NCBI GenBank assembly: GCA_030264375.1
Contig: JASCQW010000081.1
Coordinates: forward strand, 29,397,391-29,461,390
DNA: 64,000 bases
Reading direction: 5' to 3'
DNA from: Carcharhinus longimanus
Taxonomy: Eukaryota
Shown: positions 13,401 through 25,000 of the stretch, in pieces
Layout: each line of letters starts with the position of its first letter
Position numbering within the stretch: position 1 is the first letter of the stretch
Made by a program: the position numbers and the translations under genes
The notes under the pieces: generated by a model
The model's database searches: none
What the model was told of the DNA's origin: nothing
What the model saw: only the letters and a program-made list of their open reading frames with translations

Positions 13401-16164
13401 GTGGCCCCTCTTAACCTATCCCAAAACCAATACTTCACATCCAAGGAACCCTCTTCACATGAGCGATGCAATCTCTCCTTGTTACGAGGTTGAGATAGCT
13501 GCCAACTGCAGTACACAAGTTCAACTTGACACTGAGGAATCAAACAAACCGAGCTTGTGAAGCTTCTTACTTTACTGTTTTTTTTGTATGCACACAACCA
13601 TGCACATTTGGGGAAAGAGCAGGAAGAAGATGGGGAATGGGAAAGGGATGTAGTTGAATCACAGTGGCAGAGGAGTCAGAGATTTTTTTTAAGAAAAGCA
13701 GCAGTGTACCATGTAGTGTCATTCACGCTCTGCCTACGATTTGCAGTTCACATTCTCCTTCAGCAGCAGAAGCGTTACGCTGGCTTAAGGGACAAATCAG
13801 ACACAAAAAAAAGACTAAACCCCACAGTAATGCAATTATCAGAACATTTTATGCCAGGCTGTTTCTTTTGAAGGAGAGCTGGTGTTCTTTGCTTGTATGC
13901 CACTGTGTCTTCACTTGCACCTAATAACCATAAAGTTACCATTATTTATGCTGCAGACACACACAAAACACCCACTGAAATTCTGTGCTTAAAAACCTTT
14001 TGATGCTCAATCCACGGCATATCACATTTTAATGCCAGAATAAAATTGAAACATTCTTGAAAAAAAACTCTATTTGCAAACAGAAAACATTTCAGATAGA
14101 TTTTTTTCCTTTGATAAACTGTGTTTTGCCTGTGTATTGTTTCTCAGGTTTAGCTTTGTCTGAGTTCCTGATGGCCACCCACAATTCCAGGGAGTTTATT
14201 TTATAGCGTCTATCCCTACTCATTTTTAATTCACGGCACTGCACACTGGACTTAACAAGGGGAAAGGCTTGAAAGTGTGCATTGAGGAGAAAAAGACAAA
14301 ATGAGACAGAGGGGCGAACGTTCACACCCACTCAAGAAACTTCTGCATAATAGAGGGAAAGAAGGGAAAACACCCCTTGGTTGCATGAAGGCTATCGAAA
14401 ACACTACACCATCTGCACACAGCTTTTTTTCCCCTCTATCCTTTTTTCCACTCAATAGTTCAAACATTTGTTCAAGTAACAGATTAGGGGGAGAGTGGGG
14501 GTGTGAGGGGGCAGCGGTGGGGGGGGGGGGGGGGGGGGAGGGGGGTGGGGACCGGCGGGTAACCANNNNNNNNNNNNNNNNNNNNNNNNNNNAACGGAAA
14601 CAGAAATTTTGTTTTGATACAGTGCAGCCAGCTGGTGAATTCAAAAGATGTAAACTTTTGTTATTTTAAAAACATTTAAGTTTAAAGTCATTTGTTGCCG
14701 AATTATTTTTCAAACTTGAAAAGCAACTTTGGCCTTTAATTCGTTGCCCAAATTGATATCTATTGTTATATTTGCACATTTTATGTTTTGATCAAAATAG
14801 ATTTAAAAAAGACAAAGAACTTTATATCAGGAGCCACTAAACAAAATCATTATTAAATTGTTTCTGAATGATCAAATCCAATTATGGTTTCTTTCTGTGT
14901 TCTCACACTTCCAATATATTTTGAATAGCAATGTTTTTATTTCAAAACTTTTATTCAAAGATACTGGCAAGGTTTGAGTAAACTCTAAAATTACTTAACT
15001 TGTATTGGGTTTTAGGATATATTCATAGTATATGTTGAAGGGAAACAAAGAACAAATCCATGATACACTAAGTATTTGACGCAGATGAAAGCATATGATT
15101 AGACAAGATAAGCCACGATTCGAATATTTTTGTGTCGGTGGAATGCGTGATTTCTACTCCTCCCTCCTGCCACCGTGAGATTAGAGATTTCACGGTTACA
15201 GATCAGGAGCTTTTGAGGGTCAGAGCAAACAATTGCTACACAAACTATCCCCTGGTTATAGCTGTGTTGTCTCGGTGGGAGTCCGTCCCACCATTTCACT
15301 GCTCTGCAATCTGTCAAACGAGCAAGAAATTAGTAGAACTTCAAGGTTTCTCCCTCTTTCTTTATGCTCCGAGAGACGAGAAGTGGGCTTCATAAGCCAA
15401 CATCTCAGATTCACGGCACAGACACAACATGTCATTTTTAGCCTCTTGAATCCTCATGTAATTTACAAAAGAAGAGGTTGTTATCAAATACCTTATGCTT
15501 TTCGACATTCGGCTGTCTTGCAGCCTAAGAAAATTCAAGATTAAATCTGATCAATTTTATTATTTTCACCATGTAACTGAGTGACTAACATTTTACATTA
15601 TCTACATCCTGAAAAAAACTGTTAAATTTTTCATTCCTTGAGGGGCAGCCTTTGAGTACCAGATATTGTGCTAATGTTTAGTTAATCAATTAAAGCTTTC
15701 TAATAGCTAACATGAAACCATGGAAAATTAATATCAAGGATACTTAATATACAGCATTTTTGTATGGAACAAGCAATTGTACATATGTTCCATTTGACAA
15801 ATAAATGCTTATCCAAATAAAAATCCTTTGATCTGGAAATATGTTTTAACTGTTGAAAGATTTTCTGAGGTGGCTGACATTCACAGTCATCATCTTCTCA
15901 ATATTTTGAATTCAGATCTTACATTACATTGTGTCTCTACCTCACTTCAGGTACAGCAATCTCCTTACTCCATCTATACCCCCAGACTGAGTAGCAGGAA
16001 GTGTTCCAACCTAAGGTTACAGAAGACATCTCAAATATGAGCAGAAACATAGTGGAGATGTTAGTTCTGAATGAGAGACTAAACCACACCATTCTAGACT
16101 TGACTAGCATGATAACATTTTCAAAAACAAAATTACAACATTATGTTTCTCTTCACAGTATTTC

Positions 16165-16400
16165 TTAGAACACGGGAACAGCTGTAGGCCATTCAGCCTG
16201 TCGAGCTTGCTTCACCAATCAAACAGATCATGGCTGATTATCTACTTCTACACCATCTTTCACCACTATCCCACATCTTTTGATGACATTAGTCTCCAGA
16301 AGTCTGTCAGTTTCTGTTTTGAACATGCTCAATGATTAATAAAGAATTCCAAAGATTTGCCACTATCACAGTAAAGAAATTCCTCTTCATTTCAATTGTC
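16165..16400 (-). mobile_element. CR1 LINE 3' end
   Basis: GGAACAGCTGTAGGCCATTCAGCC...GATCATGGCTGAT, the reverse of the CR1 3' terminus seen at ~56080-56155. Confidence 0.7.
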
Positions 16401-16775
16401 CTTCAGGGCAAAGTTAGGGAACTCATTCTGAATTAAAGTTTCAGCGGTCAATTTACATTCAGTTTGACCAGGAAACAATTTCAATTGGAAAACACACAAT
16501 GTTTTAGCTATGGCATATTGAGCTGATCATGAATCCAATTTTGTCATTTCCTGTACTTGAGACATGCAAGCCACCATCCATTTCAGAAAGCTCAATTAAA
16601 TTTGAAAACTGGACTTAAAGGTAAAGTAGCAATTTTCATTTATCCTATACAGTCTTCATTGTAATCCAATGTGTTGAAATAGAAAGGAATTGCTGCTTTG
16701 ATTTTGTGAAGAAACCTAGAAATCCTCAATTTATACCATACTTCTAAGTAAATAGTACACAAAGTCTGATATATT

Positions 16776-16894
16776 GGCCAGAACTTTCTGGACACTCACG
16801 CCAGTGGGATTCTCCTGTCCCGCTGCAGTGGATGGAGATTTGGCTAAGTGCCAAATTCTCCATCCTCGCTTTCAGCAGCGGCAAAATGCCAGCC
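16776..16894. mobile_element. Short MITE-like repeat
   Basis: GC-rich 120-bp insert in AT-rich DNA with imperfect inverted ends (GGCCAGAACTTTC ... GCAAAATGCCAGCC) and an internal hairpin (TGGAGATTTGGC...GCCAAATTCTCCA). Confidence 0.45.
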
Positions 16895-18901
16895 ATTATG
16901 TTTGTGGAGAAAGTAAAAGTAATTATGATATGTATTCAGGTCATGGATCAGTTAATTAGAATACAATATCAACATTTTAGTAATCTTGTTCTTTTTGGAC
17001 AAATTCTCCAGATGCTGAAACTCTGATTAAATAACAGTCAAAATATCACCATTGATGGCACCTGAAACAATGGTTGCATTGAGTTTAGCCAAAGCACAGC
17101 ATAATTTTCATTTACAATTCATTTTCAACTATTTTTTACAAATTTCAATGGGCTAATATTTCAAAAATGATATTAAGTTAGGAAACAATATTAATTCAAT
17201 GATCAGAATTAAATCGGTACTTGAGAATACTGAATGATTAAAACTGTGACATCTGGTGGGGAGGGGGGGTTACATATGAAAAAAACAATCTAGAGGGCTA
17301 AGGGAATCAAATATAAAAGTTATTGCATCTTGTTAACAATGGAAGTTATTATAAAACGATTTGAAGTATTCAGTAAATATTTTGACTATAAATAGTTTAT
17401 TTTAAGAAAATGCCAATTATGTAAATGCAGCACATTAAAGTCATACCTGGATTTGCAAAAAAGTGCGGTTTGTTAAAAAGATTGCTTACATAGTCGTGCA
17501 TTAAACAGAATGCACTGAAAATTTAAGTGTCCATGAACATGCAGCACTTACTATTTTAAGTGCTAAATTTCTAATGTTTATTCTGTATTAGACACAAGTA
17601 GGTCAACTCAGAACATCATTAGAAACACTAGACATGCTTATCGATACCAATTGAAATATGAGAATATGGACAGTTTTTAACCTCTAACCTCAGTTTTCTT
17701 TCACTTATCGTTGCAGAATGTTTTAGACCTGTTTGTTGCTGAACAACTATCACATTTAGTGCCACAGCACACTATAATGTTGCTACTGTATGACTTGGGG
17801 TGTTAAAACTAATTTAAATTCAGTGGAATGTCTTTAAAACTCTTCTGACACTCTCCAAACAGAGTTCATAAAACCACAGACTTACAGCTAGGGACAAAGG
17901 TTCGAACACCACTACAGACTAATTCCAACTACACAGAGGGTGTATTCAATGCAACTTGATGCAGCTCTGAGAAAGAGATGTGTTTTGTTTGTTTAAACCT
18001 CATCTCTAAACCCTTTCCTCAATGACAAACCTTTTAAAAGAAAATCTTTAAAAATATATATATAAACTAAGATAGTAGCACTTGATAGAATAAACATTCA
18101 AAATGATCAGTTGAATCAACATCAGNNNNNNCTGCATTGCCTGGCTACAGTTCTTAGGGACTATTAAATTATTCAAAGGTAGAACACAACTATGCTTGAT
18201 TAAGTTTTAATTTCATCAAATTATCAATCTCAGAGAGTGCACAGTCAAACCATCCACCCAGCAAAGCTGTATTTATTTGGAAACAGGAACTCTCATTACT
18301 TACTGGACTCCAATACGCTAATCTACTGAACAAAGGTGAATTTGCGCAAACAGTCAATACTTGATTTGTCCTCGTTACTCCTGTGATACACCAAACGCAA
18401 GGTTGATCGGTTTAACCCTGCAAGGCCCTTAGTCACTGTTCGCAGCACTTAGTTTTTCTAATATCTGCTTTCACTCCTCAGTGGTAATGTATAGCAAGGT
18501 CATTTTACAATTTGAAAAAGTCAAGCTGCGATGTTAAATAAGTAATCTGCAAAAGACATAGCAGAGTACATTTAAATTTAAAATTTAATATAAAAATATG
18601 GAATTGCTGCGTTGATAGCAACACATGTTCGTGTATATTGAAAGTATTTTATGTTTAATTGAAATTTCACTGTCAAGTCTTCGCAACTTATATATAAGGG
18701 GAGCTGATCATTTACAATCTGACAATGTATGAATAAAATGCACAGTGTAAATCTTTATTTACACTGTGCATTAAATTTAAAATTCTTCATTCACTATATA
18801 CATCCACACTCTATGCGACCTCACTCCATGCATTGTTATTCATTCAATACATCTTTATTCTATTATTCTTATTTATTGTGTACAAATACATCCTCAGCCA
18901 T

Positions 18902-19185
18902 TGGGCACACGCTTGATTCCTGGCTTAGGTCACTATCTGTGCGGGTTTCCTCCGGGTGCTCTGGTTTCTTCCCACAGTCCAAAAGACATGCTGGTTAAGT
19001 GCAATGGCCATGCTAAATTCTCCCTCAGTATATCTGAACAGATGCTGGAGTATGGTGACTGAGGGATTCTGTCAGTAGCTTCACTGCATTGGTCAGGAGA
19101 AAGGAGGGTGCAAAGTTGGCCCTATCAAGTTGCAGTGCGCACAATGACTAAAACTATGTGGAACCTAGTTGTGACACTAATAAAA
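18902..19185 (+). mobile_element. V-SINE variant with GTGACACTAATAAA tail, carrying a templated insert
   Basis: GGGTTTCCTCCGGGTGCTCTGGTTTCTTCCCACAGTCC core; the tail is interrupted at 19089-19162. Confidence 0.75.
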
Positions 19186-19319
19186 TTAATTTAAACTTGC
19201 ATCGTCAACTTTCATTTATATAGGACTAATATAAAAAAAAGAACCCATGGCCTTTGAGTAGGACAAAAGTCATTAAGCAACAGTGGGCAAGTTACAACAT
19301 GTAACCAAAAGTGCAATCA

Positions 19320-19607
19320 AAGAGGTGGCAAATGGTTAGCACTGCTGCCTCACAACGCCAGGGACCCGAGTTCAATTTCGGTCTTGAGTGTGTGTGTGGA
19401 GTTTGAATGTTCTCCCCATGTCTGTGTGGGTGTCCTCCAGGTGCTTTAGTTTCCTCCCTAAGATGTGTAGGTTAGATGGATTAGCATGGTAAATGAGTGG
19501 GGTTGTGGGGATAGGGCAGGAAGATGAGCCTGGTAAGTTGGTACAGAGAGCTGGTACAGGCTCAATTGTCTGAATGGCCTTCTTCTGCACTTTAGGGATT
19601 CTATGTT
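19320..19607 (+). mobile_element. HE1-type SINE
   Basis: TGGTTAGCACTGCTGCCTCACAACGCCAGGGACCCGAGTTCAATT head, V-domain, and tail GGGATTCTATG. Confidence 0.85.
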
Positions 19608-20299
19608 TCAAATAGACCTGAGTCAGGAAGGCTGAGAATAGGCTATGACTTTGCAGGACAAGAGAGGAAGGGTACACAGGACAATAGAATTGGAACATCA
19701 AAGGTGCAGATCATAACATTGGAGGAGGGTGTAATGGTATGATGGGAATATTGTCATTTGAGGGATTTGTAGAAAACAACCATGGCTTTGATTAAAATAC
19801 ATTGCCAATGGATGTCAACAAGGCCATAAGTGTGAGGAAGTATAATTTAGTATGAGACAGGTGACAGCTAATAGACTTTTGGACAAACTGTACTTGTAAG
19901 AGAGAAAGTTTGGGGAGCAAACAAGAGGGCAGCAGAAAAGGGAAGTCTGGAGCTAACAAAAGTATGCAAGGATTTTACATTTAATATGCAAACTTTTACA
20001 AAGGCATATTCTTTGTCACTGTGTGTAGCTTTACTCCACAGTTTTAGTCATTGTGTGCACTGCAACTTGATAGGGCCAACTTTGCACCCTCCTTTCCCCT
20101 GACCAAAGCACTAGGCAAGCTCAGTGCACATGAAGGGTACTGTGCTTGTCAAGGCTTCTTCATACCCCATTTTGGCTTTTCCTGGAAGGGTTTATGCTGG
20201 GAAATGGGGGCAGAAGGAGAAATACATCCGCGAGCCAGAGAGACTTGTAGGCTACAGCCCTGGCCACCAACTTTAACTACATTGCCTTAGCCAAAACAT

Positions 20300-20475
20300 C
20301 GTGTGATTTCAAGAAGAAATTAGATCTAGCTCTTGGGGCTAAAAGGGGTCAAGGGATATGGGGAAAAGACAGAATCAGAACATTGATTTTGATGATCAGC
20401 CATGATGAAAATTAATGGTGGAGCAGGCTCAAAGGGCTGAATGATCTATTCCTGCTTTTATTTTCTATGTTTCTA
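20300..20475 (+). mobile_element. CR1 LINE 3' end
   Basis: GATCAGCCATGAT...AATGGTGGAGCAGGCTCAAAGGGCTGAATG...TTCTATGTTTCTA. Confidence 0.75.
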
Positions 20476-20785
20476 CTGTGATCTGAGAAGGGTCTGGGTG
20501 CAACTATGTCCAGGTGTTTTAATTTATACATTTTCAGGTAATCTAGATAGGAATGTTGAGGATATCTCTGCTTGTTTCATAGTCATAGAAATGCTAGATA
20601 ATCCAGGGCAATGATAAAGAGGTGATGATCTAATGCATCAAGTTTCTATCATGTCTTCTCCACAGACTTGGAAACTTAACACCCCTAAGATATTTTAGGG
20701 AAGAAAAGCAGCCCTTTTACGTCCATTGTCACTATGCACACGCATACTCCATACATCTTTTTTCACTGGGTATACCTATATCCAT

Positions 20786-21057
20786 ATAGAATCTACAGTG
20801 CAGAAGGAGACCATTTGGCCCATTAAACCTGCAATGACAACAATCCCACCCAGGTCCTATCCCCGTAACCCCGTATATTTACACTCCTAGTTTTCCTGAC
20901 ACTAAGGGACAATTTCTCATGGCCAATCAACCTAACCCCCAATTGTTTGGAGTGTGGGAAGAAATCAGAGCATCTGGAGGAAACCCATGCTGACACGGGG
21001 AGAACATGCAAACTCTGGCACTATGAGGCAGCAGTGCTAACTACTGTGCCACCATGC
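20786..21057 (-). mobile_element. HE1-type SINE, internally deleted
   Basis: Reverse-complement head (GAGGCAGCAGTGCTAACTACTGTGCCACC), V-domain and tail. Confidence 0.85.
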
Positions 21058-21239
21058 TGTTCACATACACAGTGCATTCCATTATGTCAAACGCTGCAAT
21101 TCACTTTGTGCACTTCATTCAATATATTCTTAAATAGCACATCCTCTCTTATTCTATACTTCACACAGCCTCTCTACATACTCTATAGATCTTTATTCAC
21201 TGTGCACATTGTTATTTCAGACTCCCTTTGCCACTTTCT

Positions 21240-22050
21240 TTCAGAATGGTTTCAAGTCAATAGTGGTGACCCAAAAGGTTTAGTTCTGGAGCCACATCTG
21301 TTCACTGTGCATATCAATGATTTGGATATATACCCAGAAAGAGTAGTAGCAAAATTTGCAGAGAATATCAAAATAAAAGCTTTGATTAATTATTTTGAAA
21401 ACTAAATACAGCCACAAAGGGATAATGATGAGAGAGAGGATTAGGCTAAAATATGGCAGGTAGAATTCCATGCCAGTAAAAGGTGAGATGATGCAGTTTT
21501 TATGTAATTCTAAATTTCATTGCAAGATATATTGGACATCAAAGTCAAGATGCAACCCTATGTAAAAATATTAATATGACCGCAATTAGATTACTGATAC
21601 AGTAGTGGAGTCTATGCTGTAGGAAGAATATTGAGACTCTAGCCTGCTTATGTAATGCAGATTCACTAGGATGCTGTCCTTTAGGAGGAAATACAAACAC
21701 AAAAGGAAAATTGGAACTTCTTTCTTCATTAGAACAATGCAGATTATGGAGTTATATGATATAGTGTTTAAGATTATGGAAGTACGTGGCAGGGTAGATA
21801 AAAGTACATTGATTCCTCAACTACTACAAGCAATGGTGAAAAGCTGTTCTATGTTCTATGTCGATCAAGAACAAAGGGCAAGAGAAACTTCTTTATATAG
21901 AGAGTTATGAGGCTGTGAATTCATTCCAGAGTCGGTATTATGGCAGATACTGTGTCAACATCCAAGATTGTATTAGATAGGTGGATGGGTCAATGCCAAT
22001 ACAGACTTGTTGGGCTGAATGGCCTGTTTCCAGGTTGCAAGTTCTGTGTA
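21240..22050 (+). mobile_element. Decayed CR1 RT and 3' fragments
   Basis: VNSGDPKGLVLEPHLFTVHINDLD...VAKFAENIK corresponds to CR1 SGVPQGSVLGPxLFxIYINDLD...KFADDTK. Confidence 0.75.
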
Positions 22051-25000
22051 ATTTTACGTGCTCACCCATACTTAGATCTATACATTCTTAGTCACTGTGT
22101 GCTCCCTTATCTCATGCATACTTATTCATCATTTGCATCCTTAGTCTGCACTTCTTTATTCACCCTATGTCTTTATTTATGCTGAGCATCTTTACTCTCT
22201 TCTCATTCTTATCTACTCCAAATATCCCTATTTATTTTCTACGTTATTCAAGTTGAGTAGCTTTATGCACACAAATTTCCTAATTTAGTTCATTCATACT
22301 GATGCATTCTGTGCAGTTTTTACTCACACAGGGTGCCCTTATTCATTGAGTATCCTTTTAATGCTCACTCACCAAAAAACTGTCTAAAATATACCTATTC
22401 CCTGTGCTTAGTTTGGTATCCATATTTATTCTATAGGTACTTAAATAAATATCATACCATAGCAAGAAGACAGTTACTCTGATAATGTAATGACAAGAAT
22501 TCTAGTATTCCTTGCATGATAAAATCATTGCACAATGTCAAACTAACCTAGCTGGGCAATAATTCAAAATTATAGTTAGCAGACACAAACGACACTGAAT
22601 TTAAAAGTTATAATCTAACACACAAAACCTTGAAATAACATTTGGAAGATTTTCCAATTCTTAAAGCACCAATGATCCTACATTTAAAAAAAAACACACA
22701 AGTTTCACTTATTTTTTTAAAATGAGCAACACAGGTGCCTCTGCCTGCCAGGCTCGACTATTGTAATATTCAAACAGAAAAAACATGAACGTCAATCAGA
22801 GCCAAATATTTTTTCTTATGTTCCAGATTTAAACATGGTGCATTGACGATAATGGAAAGAAGGGAGCAATGAGACTATGATTTTAAGGTAGTCAGATAAC
22901 TAAAGGTCAAATTGATACATCATGACAGTACTTAGAACAATCCTTGAAATCAAATATTTCTTAATGTCACTCTTGAAAGATTTACTAATTACTGAGAAGC
23001 ACTACATGCTATCTGTTTTCACTCCCAGGCAGAAGGGAAAAAGAAGAAAACAAGACATAATTTTTCTCCACCAAGCTATTATCATGTCATAAACACACAC
23101 GCACACAAAAAAAAGCTTTGAAGGTACTTAGATATCTGTTTTCTACATAGGCAATAGATTTTATTCATTGCTTGGCTGACTTATCGCAGCCTGCTTTTAA
23201 TGAGGTATAATAAGGAGAGCATTTTGTAGCTACACGGTTGTACTATTTTATCTTCCAAACAGCTGTGTCATGGCTGTCTGTGCAGGATAAATCATATCAC
23301 CCTCTCCGCATATGCTAACACCCCTGTAATTACAGGACACTTTAAGTGAAACAATGAAAAGGAAACAGAAAAAAAACTAAAACTGTTGCCCAGATTACAA
23401 GCAACAGCATAGATCTCATAATAAAGCCAGTCATCATTACAATTAATTTATCATAGGGAGGTAACCAAGAAAACGTGATCCATTAATTTGACAAGATCAC
23501 AACTATTGGGATTAACACTATGACATCACAGTCTGGTAACCCCTTAACAGCTTCCCTCAACTGTATTTTTCAGTCTATTTAAAATTGTTATGGAAATAAA
23601 TTTAAAAAATACTTTAGGCCACACAGAAATTAATTCTTGGTCATGAGTTCAATAATTAGAATTATAAAGCTGTAGGACAAAACCAAGGAATGATTTGCTT
23701 AGCTATTTGAGCACAAAAATTCATTAATAAATAAGTGAGCTATTCACTGTTTCCTTAATTTCTTGAAAATGTTAAGTGACTCAACCTATACTATAATGGA
23801 GGAAGCAGTTATTTTATTTCACTGACTGCAATGAGGCATAAAAAGGGAAAAGGGCATTTTTTGTTAATATTTAGTTCTATTTCTTCCCACCCCCTACTTC
23901 ATTCATTTTGAACCTAAAGCTCTCAATCAATACTCCAAAAGGCAATCTGTTTGGGGGTGAATAGACAGCCTGGTTAATATAAATGCCAACTTTTTCTTGT
24001 GCTTTTTCCACAGTTGGGTTGAAGAGGACTAAAATCTTGTCTATCAGAAATGTAAATGATGAGCTGTCTTCCTGAGGGAAATGAATGAGTGCATTTTAGC
24101 TGGGGTGAATTCACTGGGTTTCTTGTGTGATTAACAACTCAGTGACCTGTTGTCCTTGATCTAATTACTTTTAAATTTGCACTTTACATAATTATCAACA
24201 AGAATGCTATTTTTTTAAACTCCCTCATTAATTCATGAGCTCCAAGTCAAATTCAAAGTATAAGGGAAAAGTCTAGTATATCATTTCTTAAATTATAATC
24301 TATGAAAATGATTTACCTCAAAAAATTAACTTTTTTTATTTAAAAAGGTTTACTTTTACTTTGCATCTACTTTTGGTCAAGTTGCAAAAAATGACAATGG
24401 CATTTTCAGCAATTAATTCTTTGTACAGTACAATGATGAAATTGTATAAAATACTATTAAAACTTGGGGTCAAAGAGATTTACCAGATTCTAAACTCAAA
24501 TGGCTGCTTTGCTCCATTCAGTGTGATGTTTCTATTTATTGAAAAACACAAGCAGCCACCATCCTTCAAGACGCATTCCCCCGTCACCTAGCCAGCTCGA
24601 TTTAAGGTGTTCTCTTTCGCTGATGTGTCTAATTTATCACCCCACTCCATGATTGATCTTTTTCTTATAAGCCCTGCACCACTGCTGATTTTGCATTAAC
24701 CACGGTCTCTTTTTTTGAATAAACTAAAACAGCTGCTTGATTTGCAGCAGAAACGAAAGGGACATTTTAATATATTAAATCTGCATGATTCTGCGAACAA
24801 ACTGTAAGTGTTTATATTCTTCCCAAAAGCCTCTGAGCTTGTAAATGGCATGTGCCACATGCTAGGTGAAGCCAATTCTTTTGCTTTTTTTTCTGCCAGT
24901 ATCTTTAAAGAAACTGTTCCATTGTAAAACTTTATGATTTGATTCACTACTGCTGTTAGGGCACCTGTTTGCTGGTTTTAATTAACTATCTTAGCTCCTG

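Noticed and set aside
13225-13924. Cluster of 86-111 aa plus-strand ORFs
   Set aside because: No recognisable motifs, mostly non-ATG starts, antisense in an intron; consistent with chance.
19089-20106. MITE/DNA transposon with ~72-bp TIRs
   Set aside because: The host SINE resumes right after the left arm rather than after the right arm, and there is no TSD.
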